Shown: in pieces, positions 13,457-23,754 of the stretch | How the letters are laid out: every line of letters begins with the position of its first letter | Position numbering within the stretch: the first letter of the stretch is position 1 | NCBI GenBank assembly: GCA_963758525.1 | Contig: CAVWVQ010000003.1 | Location: forward strand, 448,001 to 512,000 | Length of the DNA stretch: 64,000 bases | Direction of reading: 5' to 3' | DNA from: an uncultured Phycisphaerales bacterium | Lineage (GTDB): Bacteria; Planctomycetota; Phycisphaerae; Tepidisphaerales; Tepidisphaeraceae | Program-made: the position numbers and the translations under genes | The notes under the pieces: generated by a model | Database searches by the model: none | What the model was told of the DNA's origin: nothing | Seen by the model: the letters and a program-made list of their open reading frames with translations, nothing else

Positions 13457-14815
13457 CTACTCGAGTTCGGATTCGCCGCCGACCAGGTAGATCGAGTTCT
13501 TGCCGGCTTGCTTGGCGCCGAACATGAGGACGCCATCGGCCGCTTTAATCAGCGTGCCGGCGTCCGATGCGTCATACGGATAGACGGCCATTCCGGCGCT
13601 GATGCCCAGGGTTCCGCGGCCGGCAGCGCCCAGGTTGACGAAGTCAACTCCGTTGATGAGCCGGCGAAACCGCTTGAAAATCTCGATCGGAGTCTGCGGA
13701 GCGCGCGACGGGCCGTTGAGCTTCGGCTCGCGCGGCTGGCGGGGACCTTCTTTGTCCCAGAAGACCACGGCAAACTCGTCGCCGCCGATGCGGGCCACCA
13801 GGTCGTGATCGCGGCAGCAACGCTTCATCAGGCCGGCGGTCTGCTTGAGAATCTCATCCCCGACGCCATGACCAAATTGATCGTTGTACTTCTTGAAATC
13901 ATCGATATCGAACAGCAGCAGCGTCACGGGGAAGCGCATAACCCTTCCGCGCTCGATGATCCGCGAGAGAAAATGCCGGAAATAGCGGGCATTGTAGAGG
14001 CCAGTGAGCTCGTCGGTAATGGCGAGCCGCTGCAACAGATTGTGACGCTCCTGCAGGCTCGTGAGCTTCATCAGCAGATGCGCAAGTTGGGCCAATGCAT
14101 GACGGGCGGCGGATTCGTCCTGATCCGCGGGAATCAGCAGATGCAAAGCGCCAGCCTCCTCGTGCTGATGACGCAAGCCGTGAGAGAGCAGAACGCGGCC
14201 CTCGTCGATCTGAGGATGCGCTTCGCCGGGACGGGCAAAGAAGAGGCGGGCCAGTCGCTCCGGCAGCCTGGCGTTCATCGCGGAGACGGCGGCGGCGGGC
14301 GAATCGTGCGGATGCTGGATGATCGCGTCGAGCAGGAGATCGGCGTTGTTGAGCCGCTCGAGCGCGTCAGCGGCCGCAGTCGACGACGCGAGCGCATCGA
14401 CTTCCTCCGCTGCCAGCTCCTGCGGGTGATGATCGCCGGCGGCAATCCTCAAGGGAGCAGAGCCGAAAACCTGCTGCAACTCGACGGCGCCAACCGGCGT
14501 GACCACGTAGTCGTCCGCCCCGAAGCTCAGCATTTTTCGCGAGAGCAGTTCGAGCGTCGGATGCCCGAACAGAATCAGGCGGCTGTCGCCGGCGAGTTCG
14601 CGGAGCGTGCGGACCGCCGCTTCAGGCCGACGCTCGATCGGCTCCGCCGCGGCGACCACTGCCGTGTACGCGCCGCCGGCCAACTCCGCAATACCTTCGA
14701 ACACGCTGCCGACGCTGGTGACCTGCGCCGCCGGAAGCGCCTGGGCCAAAGCGCCGTAGACTTCCCGCCGGGGGTCGCCGATCAGAAGGACACGATGTTG
14801 AAGCGGTCGGACCAT
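13457..14815 (-). CDS. Diguanylate cyclase with degenerate receiver-like N-terminus
   Basis: DELTGLYN, DIDDFK, RDHD I-site five residues before GGDEF. Confidence 0.93.
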   Translation of the reverse strand: MVRPLQHRVLLIGDPRREVYGALAQALPAAQVTSVGSVFEGIAELAGGAYTAVVAAAEPIERRPEAAVRTLRELAGDSRLILFGHPTLELLSRKMLSFGADDYVVTPVGAVELQQVFGSAPLRIAAGDHHPQELAAEEVDALASSTAAADALERLNNADLLLDAIIQHPHDSPAAAVSAMNARLPERLARLFFARPGEAHPQIDEGRVLLSHGLRHQHEEAGALHLLIPADQDESAARHALAQLAHLLMKLTSLQERHNLLQRLAITDELTGLYNARYFRHFLSRIIERGRVMRFPVTLLLFDIDDFKKYNDQFGHGVGDEILKQTAGLMKRCCRDHDLVARIGGDEFAVVFWDKEGPRQPREPKLNGPSRAPQTPIEIFKRFRRLINGVDFVNLGAAGRGTLGISAGMAVYPYDASDAGTLIKAADGVLMFGAKQAGKNSIYLVGGESELE

Positions 14816-14822
14816 CGTCGGC

Positions 14823-15398
14823 TTATCCTTCTTCGCCCGGCGGACTGAAGGTTTGCTCCTGCAAGAGCGCCCGTAATTCGTCGGCGGTCAACACCGGCTC
14901 GGTGAGCGAGCGTTCGAATTCCAACGATGCCGCGGTAGACTCGGCCATCGCTTCCGCATGCGCCGCTTCCCCGGCCACGAGCGGCTCATCTCCTCGGGCC
15001 GACGCAGCGCTCTCGGTCGAGGCGGCGCCTGGAACCGCAATCCGATGCAGCCCGTCCTCCCCCAGCAACCCATCGGCCCCGAGCCGCATGCCGTCTGCCA
15101 GCGCGGCGGCGCGCCCGTCGGTCTGGGTGAGCCAAATATCGATATGGGGAAACCGCCGTTTCACGACCGCGATCAATGGGAGTTCTTCACGGTACAAGCT
15201 CCCAAGACTCAGGATCAGCGCCCGGTAAATCAGCGGATGGCGGCACAATTCCATCATCGCGGCATACGGATCATCTGCCTCGGTGCTGGCAAAGCCGAGC
15301 CGTTCCAGCATCCCCCCCGCCTCGACGCGCGAAGCCGGGCTTCCAACGAGCAATGCCCGCCCTGCTGGCCGCGTTACTGGAAAACTCACGCCGGACAT
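14823..15398 (-). CDS. Hypothetical protein, degenerate receiver-like
   Basis: Ends 7 bp before the GGDEF gene; TATAAT 8 nt upstream of its ATG. Confidence 0.7.
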   Translation of the reverse strand: MSGVSFPVTRPAGRALLVGSPASRVEAGGMLERLGFASTEADDPYAAMMELCRHPLIYRALILSLGSLYREELPLIAVVKRRFPHIDIWLTQTDGRAAALADGMRLGADGLLGEDGLHRIAVPGAASTESAASARGDEPLVAGEAAHAEAMAESTAASLEFERSLTEPVLTADELRALLQEQTFSPPGEEG

Positions 15399-15571
15399 AG
15401 CACGTTATTATAGCGATTATCTTGTTCGCCGTTAAGCGTGGGCTGCCGTGGTGATGCGAGGATGCGAGGAAAAGATGAGGGGCTGATGGACCGCAATGAA
15501 GAGAATTTTGGCGAACCGCTTTGAACGATACCCCATCGCCGAGGCGCGACTTCTTGGGCTAAACTCAGTTG

Positions 15572-15844
15572 ATGCCGCAATCTGCAACGACAATCAGCGT
15601 GGACCTCCAAGCTGCGGAAATCCTGCGTCGGGTCTCGCAGCGTGCATTGGCGAATGGCGAGACTCTTGGCGCATACCTGTCGCACACACTTCCGGCCGAG
15701 TCATTCGAGGCGCCGAAATCGACCTCTCAACGCGACGCGTGGGAGGCCTTCGTGGCGGGAATGGTGTCTTGGTCAACGGCGCACTTGCCGCCCGGCTACG
15801 TCGCCGACGACAGTCGTGATGCGAGTTACGACGACCGATCCTGA
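15572..15844 (+). CDS. Putative antitoxin (VapB-like)
   Basis: Ends ADDSRDASYDDRS; stop overlaps the start of a PIN-like fragment. Confidence 0.6.
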   Translation: MPQSATTISVDLQAAEILRRVSQRALANGETLGAYLSHTLPAESFEAPKSTSQRDAWEAFVAGMVSWSTAHLPPGYVADDSRDASYDDRS

Positions 15845-15867
15845 TGCGGACCCTCCTTGATACGAAA
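15844..15867 (+). pseudogene. PIN/VapC toxin N-terminal stub
   Basis: MRTLLDT after a TGATG overlap; similarity lost immediately afterwards. Confidence 0.45.
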
Positions 15868-15966
15868 TGTTTCCGAGGCGTTCGGCCGTGGGTTTCCGAG
15901 CGTCGTCAATCCGAGCGCGAGTTCTTTGCTGCACCCGTCAGATCTGCAACTTTTGCAGCAGGTTGG

Positions 15967-16587
15967 TTAAAAAAAAAGTGCCGCCACTTGCGCGATCAGC
16001 GTCCCCGCAAAATCGGCTTTCGATCTTGATTCCAATGCCTCCTCCTTGCCAGACCGCCATAGCAGAACCGACTCAATCGTGGTGCTGTTTAGCGTCTCGA
16101 TGGGGTTGTAGACGATCAGATCGAGATTCTTGCGGAGAAGCTTGTCCCTCGATCGGGCGAGGTTGCCGGGCGATTCGAGGCTGAAGCCGACGGTACGTTG
16201 ATGGGGCGCTTTGATCCGGCCGACGGCTTCGAGAATGTCCGGCGTGGCCTCGCACTCGATCGTGAGCCTTCCCTCGCGGGCAAGCTTGTCGCCGGTAAGT
16301 TTCGCCGGTCGGAAGTCCGCCACGGCGGCGGCCATGATGAGAAGATCGTGGCGGGGAAATTCCAGAAGGACGGCAGCCTGCATCTGTTCGGCGGTTTCGA
16401 CATCAACTCGCCGGATTGCCGATGGCATCGCGATCTGAATCGGCCCGAGAATCGCCGTAACCTCATGACCCGCCGAAAGGGCGGCGCGACAAAGCGCGTC
16501 ACCCATCTTCCCGCTGCTGCGGTTCCCGATGTAGCGAACGGGATCGATCGGCTCGCGCGTCGGTCCTGCCGTGATGAGAATCTTCAC
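15967..16587 (-). CDS. coaB: Phosphopantothenate-cysteine ligase (stand-alone CoaB/DFP domain)
   Basis: ITAGPTREPIDPVRYIGNRSSGKMG, MAAAVADF, VGFSLE. Confidence 0.9.
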   Translation of the reverse strand: MKILITAGPTREPIDPVRYIGNRSSGKMGDALCRAALSAGHEVTAILGPIQIAMPSAIRRVDVETAEQMQAAVLLEFPRHDLLIMAAAVADFRPAKLTGDKLAREGRLTIECEATPDILEAVGRIKAPHQRTVGFSLESPGNLARSRDKLLRKNLDLIVYNPIETLNSTTIESVLLWRSGKEEALESRSKADFAGTLIAQVAALFF

Positions 16588-16618
16588 GTCAATCGCCTGA
16601 AACTACATGACCGCTTGC

Positions 16619-17185
16619 TTACTTCGCGGGCTCTGTGGGCGGCGTTGTCGCCGGAGCGGGCGCGGCGTCAGTCGTGGGCGAAGCGGCCGGTGCGGTTGCC
16701 GGCTCGGTCGTCGGTCCGGTCGATGGTTCCGTGGACGGCTCTGCCATGGCCTCGGCGCCGCTGAGTTCGATTCCGGCGCCATGATCGACCACGACGAAAT
16801 CGTTCTTCCCCGGCTTGAGCGTGACGTCGATACGATCCGGTGAGCCGGGGCCGATTTTCAAGGCTTCGCCCAGGTTTAAATCGCCGCTGTAGATGCGCAG
16901 ATACGCATTGGCGGATTTGTCGAAGTCGCCGGTGACTTTCGGGTTCGACGCGGTCTTTCCGGCCGGAACGACGCCGAAACCCCATTGACCGTCGCTGGCC
17001 GTCCCAGCCTGAATCACATCCTCGGGCGTCGCCCAGAGGGGATCCTTCGAGGTTCCGTCCCTCGCCAGAACAAGCGTCAGCGGCTTGGTCGAGTTGTTGT
17101 GAACGGCGATGTCATAGGTACGAGACTGGCTGGCGCAGCCCACGACAAGCCCAAGCAACGAAAGAAGCGCAGTTCGGGTTAGCAT
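16619..17185 (-). CDS. Lipoprotein with Pro/Thr-rich tail
   Basis: Signal peptide with lipobox VVGC. Confidence 0.8.
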   Translation of the reverse strand: MLTRTALLSLLGLVVGCASQSRTYDIAVHNNSTKPLTLVLARDGTSKDPLWATPEDVIQAGTASDGQWGFGVVPAGKTASNPKVTGDFDKSANAYLRIYSGDLNLGEALKIGPGSPDRIDVTLKPGKNDFVVVDHGAGIELSGAEAMAEPSTEPSTGPTTEPATAPAASPTTDAAPAPATTPPTEPAK

Positions 17186-17343
17186 TCGGGCATCCTAACC
17201 AAGATTTCCCGCGGAAGGTAGCACCGTCGAAACGCGCGACAAGCGCAGTTATTTCCGACACGGTTATCAGACCCGCGGTTCGACCACCGGTCATTCTGGT
17301 CCACCACCGCGGATCTTCGATTTGATCAGGCAGCGTGTGCCGT

Positions 17344-19577
17344 TCACGGCACTGTCGTCGGATCGCTCTTGGAAAATCCGTGCAGGCGGGCCATGTTCAT
17401 CAGCGTCTGCTGAGTTCCGATGTCACCTGGCTCGGGCTTGCGCTGCTCGTAGGATCCGTCGCTGCGCATCTCCCACGCCTGACGGCGGTCGCGCAGCATG
17501 ATGTTCAGAATCTCCCACAATCTCTCGCGCAGGTGACGCTTCTCGATGGGGGCGGCGGCCTCCACGCGGGCCAGCAGATTGCGGTACATCCAGTCGGCCG
17601 AGCCGATGATGAACTCTCCATCCAACTCGTCGGCCGCGCCGTTGCGGAAGTAAAAGATCCGAGAGTGCTCGAGGAATCGGCCGATAATTGAAATCACCGA
17701 AATATTTTCACTCAGCCCGTTGACGCCAGGCCGCAGGACGCAGAATCCGCGGACGATCAAGTCGATCTTCACGCCGGCCTGCGAAGCGTGGTAGAGCACC
17801 GGCAAACCTTGCGGTCTTCCAGGGCGTTCATCTTCGCGACGATCCGCGCGGGTTTGCCGGCTTTCGCATTGGCCGCCTCGCGATCGATCAGCTCCAGAAA
17901 CCTTGCCTGCATGTTGACCGGCGCGACAAGCAGCTTGCGATAGTCGCGCTTGAGCGATCTGCCCGTGAGGTAATGAAACAATTCGATCACATCGTGCGTG
18001 ATGCCCGGATCGCAGGTGAACAAACCGAGATCGGTGTAGAGCTTGGCGGTGCCGGAGTGATAGTTGCCGGTGCCGATGTGCACGTAGGAGCGGATCCCGT
18101 CCAAATCCTGACGCACCACGAGCGTGGTCTTCGTGTGTGTCTTGAGCCCGACGATGCCATAAACAACATGCACCCCCGCCTTTTCCAGGGCGCTGGCCAG
18201 GTGGATGTTGCGCTCCTCGTCAAAGCGGGCCTTGAGCTCGACGAGGCAGACCACCTGCTTGCCCGCCTCGGCAGCGCCGATGAGCGTCTGAATGAACGAG
18301 CTTCTGTCGCCCGTTCGATAGAGCGTCATCTTGATCGCCAGCACGTTGGGATCGGCGGCGGCGGCGCGGACGAATCGCTCGACGCTGCCCGTGAAGCTCT
18401 CATACGGAAGATGCACCAGCACGTCGCCATTGTGGATGACGTTGAAGATATCCGCGTCCTCATCGGCGAAAGGCGCCGGGACCATCGCGCTCCAAGGCTC
18501 AAACCGCAGGCGCGGAATGTTCAGGTCGGCGATGCTTCGCAGATCGTCGTAATCCAGCTCGCCGGACATCTCGTACAAATCCTCGGGCACCAATTGCAGC
18601 TCGCGCATCAGAAATTCCAGCACCCATTGGTTGGTGTTGGGCCCGTATTCCAGCCGAACCATCCGCGCGAAGCGACGCTGGCGGATCTCCTCTTCCATCA
18701 GCTCCAGCAGATCTTCCGCCTCTTCCTCGTCACGCTCGAGATCGGCATTGCGCGTGACCCGAAACGGCATCACGTCCACCACCGCCATGTCCGGAAACAG
18801 GTCCTGCAGATTTTGGCGGATCAGCGTGTTCAAACTGACGAACCGCATCGGCCCGCTGCCGGCGACATTGTGCAGGCCGACCCATTTCGGCAGCACTTCC
18901 GGCACTTTCACGCGCGCGAACAGGTTCTCGTGTTTGTCGGGATGGTGCAGGACGACCGCCAATGAAGTTGAAAGGTTGGAGATGAACGGAAATGGAATGC
19001 CCGGATCGACCGCCAATGGCGTGAGCACCGGAAAAACCGTTGCGCGGAAATAGCGTGTGGCGCTTTCGCGATCGGTCTCGCTCAGGTCGGACCATTCGAG
19101 CAGATGAATCCCATTTTCCGCCAACGCCGGCCGCAGGACATTCTTGTAGCACGCGGCCTGCTGCGCGAGCATCGGCACCACCGCCGCGCGAATCGACGCC
19201 AGTGTGTGGGCCGGGGTCATCCCGTCCAGCGACTGCGCCACGACGCCCGCGGCAATCTGCCGCTTGAGACCGCCGACGCGCTTCATGAAATATTCGTCGA
19301 GATTCGAGGTGAAGATCCCCAGAAACCGCACGCGCTCCAGCAAGGGCGTGCGATCGTCCAACGCCTCGTGCAGCACCCGGCGATTGAATTCCAGCCAGGT
19401 CAGATCTCGGCTGAGAAACTCGGAGGGCCCTGCCGCCGCTGCACCTGCTCCAGTGACAGACACGCTTGCGGCGACCGCGCCGTTCCCGCTGGCGACGATC
19501 TCGCTGAGCGAAGCGGTGGAGCGCTCCACCACGTCCGCTTCCTGCCGGCCCCCGAAGTTGCGTCTCGATTTAGCCAT
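17344..19577 (-). CDS. ppk1: Polyphosphate kinase 1; frameshift near 17800
   Basis: RDLTWLEFNRRVL, ELKARFDEE, KTHTK, GTGNY, GRFLEHSRI, GSADWM. Confidence 0.95.
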
Positions 19578-19592
19578 CCCGTCGCTCTTCTT

Positions 19593-20534
19593 TTAGTTTG
19601 TCGAATGCAGCAGTTCGTCGCGCTGAACGATTTCCATGACCGGCTTTCCATCAATCGCGGGATCGACCGCAATTCCCATCAGGTAGCAGACCGTCGCGAA
19701 CGTGTCCTCGGTATTCACCACCAGATGCGGATCGATCGTCAGATCCAGGTCGTGAAAAATGCCTGGCCCCATCGCGATCCACGGGATATGCCGCGACCGC
19801 GGATCATCCGGCCCATGCGCCCGCCCTGCGCCGCCATGATCGGCCGACAGAATCACAAGCGTCGAGCCGGTGAGACCTTCCTTGTCGATTGCGGCGAGCA
19901 CACGCCCGACCGCGGCATCCGCCAGTGCAACAGCCGCGCGCTGCTGGCGCGTGCCCCAGCCGACGGCATGACCCACGTTATCGACGTTGGGCAGATGGAC
20001 GAACAGAAAGTCCGGATGATGCTCGTGAATGATCTGCTCGGCGTGCTCTGCCACTACATCATCGGTTATTGTCGTCGCTTCCGGGATAAACATCCAGTCG
20101 ATCGATCCCGGCTTTGCCAGCGCGCGGAACTTCGACTTCCCGGCGGCCATCCCCGTCGTGAAGCCCCCCTGCTTCATCAGTTCGAAGATTGTCGGCACAT
20201 TCGGATATTTCTGCGGCACTCCCGCCGGAAGCGGGTCATTCCACGTGACGCCGTGCCGCTGCGCGGTCACTCCAGTGAGCATGCTCGTGTGCGACGGGAG
20301 CGTAATCGACTCGGGGATCGTCCGGGCCCAAAAGGTATAGCTCCCCTCATCCATCATGCGATGGATCACCGGCGTATTGGATCGCAGCAGAACATCCGGG
20401 CGCAAACCGTCAATACTGATGACAACCGCGTGTGTGATTGCCGCAACGGGTCGCGTCGTCGGCTCCGCAGCCACGCCGCACCGGGTTAGAAATGTACAGC
20501 TCAGAAAAAGCAGCCCGATAGTGGTTCGTCGCAT
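19593..20534 (-). CDS. Secreted alkaline phosphatase-superfamily phosphodiesterase
   Basis: ISIDGLR, TLPSH, DNVGH, ADHGG. Confidence 0.9.
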   Translation of the reverse strand: MRRTTIGLLFLSCTFLTRCGVAAEPTTRPVAAITHAVVISIDGLRPDVLLRSNTPVIHRMMDEGSYTFWARTIPESITLPSHTSMLTGVTAQRHGVTWNDPLPAGVPQKYPNVPTIFELMKQGGFTTGMAAGKSKFRALAKPGSIDWMFIPEATTITDDVVAEHAEQIIHEHHPDFLFVHLPNVDNVGHAVGWGTRQQRAAVALADAAVGRVLAAIDKEGLTGSTLVILSADHGGAGRAHGPDDPRSRHIPWIAMGPGIFHDLDLTIDPHLVVNTEDTFATVCYLMGIAVDPAIDGKPVMEIVQRDELLHSTN

Positions 20535-20570
20535 GAGACCTCCGCCTCGATCTGATCTTCCCCGGGCTTT

Positions 20571-20635
20571 GTGTAGCCGCCGAGCTTGCTCGCCGTTTCA
20601 TGTCCAAGAGAAAACCGCGAGCTCGGCGGCTACAC
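20571..20635. repeat. GTAG-type REP inverted pair
   Basis: GTGTAGCCGCCGAGCTTGC...GCGAGCTCGGCGGCTACAC. Confidence 0.85.
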
Positions 20636-20672
20636 GAAACAACCGGTTGTCCGCGTTCGCTGACTCGCTCCT

Positions 20673-21179
20673 CTACTTTCCAACCACTCGCAAATGTGAC
20701 GCCTTGAGCGACCAGAGCAGTCGCCCGTGTCCGGGCTTCACCTCATCGGCCAGTTCCACCAGCGCTGCTCCCCCTTTTTTGATGTCGATAAACGATTCCT
20801 GTAATCCCGTCATCAGCCACGCTGCAAATGTGCTTAAATGCGGCTCATGCCCGATGAGGGCGATAACGCTGTCCGGCTTCTGGCTCTGCAGCCATGTCAG
20901 CAGTCCCGCCAGTGGCTTGCGCGGCAGGAGCTGCGGGAGCTGCACCGGCTCGATCGAAGCATAATCGCGCGCGACGATTCGCCCGCTCTGCACTGCTCGT
21001 CGAAGCGGGCTCGTTGCCAGCACCGTGATCTGCGGCTCCAGCACGCGCAAGCCTTTGCTCGCCTGTCGCATCTTTTTCCTTCCCGATTTCGTCAACGGCC
21101 GCAGATTGTCATCCTTCCCCGTTGCCGCAAATTCGTCCCGGTCCTCCGCGATGCCGTGTCGAATCAATAAAATCCGCAT
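20673..21179 (-). CDS. sixA: SixA-like phosphohistidine phosphatase
   Basis: RHG, RPLT, SPLRRA, GHEP. Confidence 0.88.
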   Translation of the reverse strand: MRILLIRHGIAEDRDEFAATGKDDNLRPLTKSGRKKMRQASKGLRVLEPQITVLATSPLRRAVQSGRIVARDYASIEPVQLPQLLPRKPLAGLLTWLQSQKPDSVIALIGHEPHLSTFAAWLMTGLQESFIDIKKGGAALVELADEVKPGHGRLLWSLKASHLRVVGK

Positions 21180-21770
21180 GTGCCATTGGATAGTTCATGC
21201 CACGGGGAACGGCAACGCGCGGCGGGCGAGGTTCATCGAATCTGAATCTTGGTAGAGTCACTGCCCCGTTTTTCGTAATGGTAATCTTCCGCCAGATCAC
21301 CACCGATGTTTTCCATGGCCTTGGCCCGGATGACCTGCCGCTGGTCCTGGTCCAGATAGAACCGGCTCGGGATCAAATGAGAGAAAGTCTCGACAACGAA
21401 GAGCCCGGCCCGAGGAACCCAAGCAATGCCGCGCGACTTTGAACCACGGGGCTGCTACGGGGCAAACAGCCGCTTTACAATCCGGGACAACGCGAATGAC
21501 CGCCGGGCGGTCAACCCTTGTTTGCCGCTCGGAATCAGCGGTTCGCTTGACACAACTTTACAGAATTTTACGTATTCGAGTGGTGCGTAAATACCGAAAA
21601 CTCGCTTGCGTTACGACAACAGATGAGCGTTGCCGCTGATTCGGTGCTCGAATCCATCCGACAGTTGCCGCGATTGAGCAGATGAAAGACCGGACCGCCG
21701 ACCGAGGACCGCAGCCTTCGAGCCATGGGAACGCAGCGAAAACCGTAAAACTTGGAGCTTCAATTGAGAC

Positions 21771-22196
21771 TTACGTTCTCCTCAACGCAGGCGTATGGGT
21801 TATCCCGACAAGTAGCCCTTCGGGTCCCAATAGCCGCGTGACGATTTGCCCCCAAGGCTCGGTTCGCGTCGCAACCAGCACCTTGTAGCCTTGCGACTTA
21901 AGTTCCGCGGTGGCCTTTTCCACATCAGCAACGTCAAATTCAACCCATGCCTGGGGGACGGGAAAATTGCCGGGCCAATCCTTCGAGCCAAAGCAGGAGT
22001 CCGCTGCTTGCGCCAATGGCCACAATGCAAAATGCTTCACACCATCGAGCTCGCCCGTATGCAGGTAACCGGTGGCATCTTCTTTAAAGCGCAGGCCCAG
22101 TGTTTGCGAATAGAACTTTCGGCTTGCTACCGGGTCGCGAATAATGGGCCCAAAACCGGCGACAAATAGAACTTCAATGTTTCTTGGCGTCTTCAT
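21771..22196 (-). CDS. VOC/glyoxalase family protein
   Basis: FYSQTLGL, WVEFDV, EPWGQ, PEG. Confidence 0.88.
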   Translation of the reverse strand: MKTPRNIEVLFVAGFGPIIRDPVASRKFYSQTLGLRFKEDATGYLHTGELDGVKHFALWPLAQAADSCFGSKDWPGNFPVPQAWVEFDVADVEKATAELKSQGYKVLVATRTEPWGQIVTRLLGPEGLLVGITHTPALRRT

Positions 22197-22205
22197 GTCC
22201 GGTTC

Positions 22206-22943
22206 CTATGGTTGAGACCCTTTGCTGCGTCCCTTGGGCGCGCGGTCGAGCCAGGGATACTTGCCCCAGATGGCGTCTACTCCTCGCGCATAGGTGGAAT
22301 ATGTGTGGTAGACGACGCCGTCCTCAAGCGCGAAAGCGCTCATGCCCTCCCGCTCGCGCGAATAAGTACCCACATCCGTTCCGGTTGTGGCTGCGTTATT
22401 GGCAGGAGCGGAGCGCGTCGCTTCGGACCTCGCAATATTCATCACGGGGTCGTCGCGGCGGAAGTTGTAGTTGGCGCCATCGCGCACTTGCTCAGCCGTG
22501 AAGGAGACGTGGAAATCGAAATTAAAGTCGCTGCCGAACGACGACGCCCAGGGAAAGGTCCAACTTTTTTCGCGCTTGTAGTCTTGCAGCTTTGCCAAAG
22601 GGCCCCGTGACACGGCCCAGAGCGTGACGTCATGATTTGCCAGGTGGGCGGTAATGCCGTTGAAGCCGTCCGCGATGGATGAGCACGACGGGCAACCCTT
22701 CGAGTATTCCGGTCCGAACATGAAGTGGTAGACGAGCAGTTGAGAGCGCCCTCTGAAGAGATCAGCCAGCGATGCTTTTCCTTCCTCCGTGTCGAATCTG
22801 TATTCCTTCTCTATCGGAACCCACGGCAACTCTTGCCGCCGCTGCGCTACTTCGTCTCCACGCCGCGTCAGCTCCTTCTCCGCCTTGAGCAAATCAAGCC
22901 GAGCTGACAGCCACTCTTCGCGCGTTCCAGTCTTATGATTCGG
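22206..22943 (-). pseudogene. DUF899 thioredoxin-like protein lacking its native start codon
   Basis: TREEWL, LFRGRSQLLVYHFMFG, CPSCS, YHTYS. The frame begins CCG-AAT-CAT directly against the repeat, with no ATG. Confidence 0.75.
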
Positions 22944-23037
22944 GGAAGTGAAACGGGGACGGAAGTGAAACGGGGACGCAGCTAGTTAATTAGCGGGAAG
23001 TGAAACGGGGACGCAGCTAGTTAATTAGCGGTAGCGA

Positions 23038-23719
23038 TCACATTTTCGCGCCTTTCTGAACCTTCTCCGGGCGGCCTTCGCGGCGGACGGTATGGCCCAG
23101 ACCCAGCTCATGGGCCATCTTGGCCGTCCAACCGGCGTTCCCCAGCGGCCGGCCACGCCGCTCGCTGGTTGCGACCGCCTCCCGCTCGGCGTCGGTCGGG
23201 GGCCGGTTTACCAGTTCAATCCAGTCCCGTCCACGGCTCGACCGGCCAGGGAGACAGAATCGATTTCTGCTGCTTGGTCCCGTGTTGCCGGACCCACAGG
23301 CTCGACCATCGCCACTGCTCCGCCCGCTCCACCAGATTGGCCGCCAGGGCGTTGCGTTCCACATATCGGCAGACGCTCAGCAGATGCCCGTCCCGTGCCA
23401 CCGGAAAGCTCTTGAACCGGCCCTGGTAGAGATGCCCGTAGCCGACGGTGTGATGGGACACACGCCAGCGCATCGCATGGGTATGGGTCAGCCAGCGGAA
23501 GACGCCGTCACTTCCCCGTCCCGCTCCGGCCAGACGACAAAATGCCAATGGTTGGACATCAGGCAATAGGAGAGGATACGGATCGGATGCCGTTCATGAG
23601 CTTCCTGCACGATCCGCTCGAACGCCTCGAAGTCGCTCTCCCGGCGGAGCATCACCATCCGTCCCACCGCGCGATTGAGCGACGAGGCCGCTGGGAGCGA
23701 CGCGAGGAGGACGGGGCAT
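23038..23719 (-). pseudogene. HUH tyrosine (Y1, RAYT/IS200-like) transposase with three frame breaks
   Basis: MPRPPR, LNRAVGR, YCLMSNHWH (HUH), GHLYQGRFKS, RYVERN (catalytic Tyr), WRWSS. Confidence 0.88.
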
Positions 23720-23726
23720 GCAAACG

Positions 23727-23754
23727 AAGGTAACTTTAAAACGCCGCTCGTCAA
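23727..23754 (-). promoter_or_regulatory. Sigma70-like promoter of the transposase, probably leaderless
   Basis: TTGACG-N16-TACCTT, 7 nt before ATG. Confidence 0.55.

Noticed and set aside
12243..14848. Long antisense ORFs (also 19104-20489, 45501-46937, 54578-55810 and others)
   Set aside because: Shadows of well-supported genes on the opposite strand in high-GC DNA
17769..17820. Programmed frameshifting in ppk1 and other split genes
   Set aside because: No slippery-site pattern, and the lesions fit sequencing error
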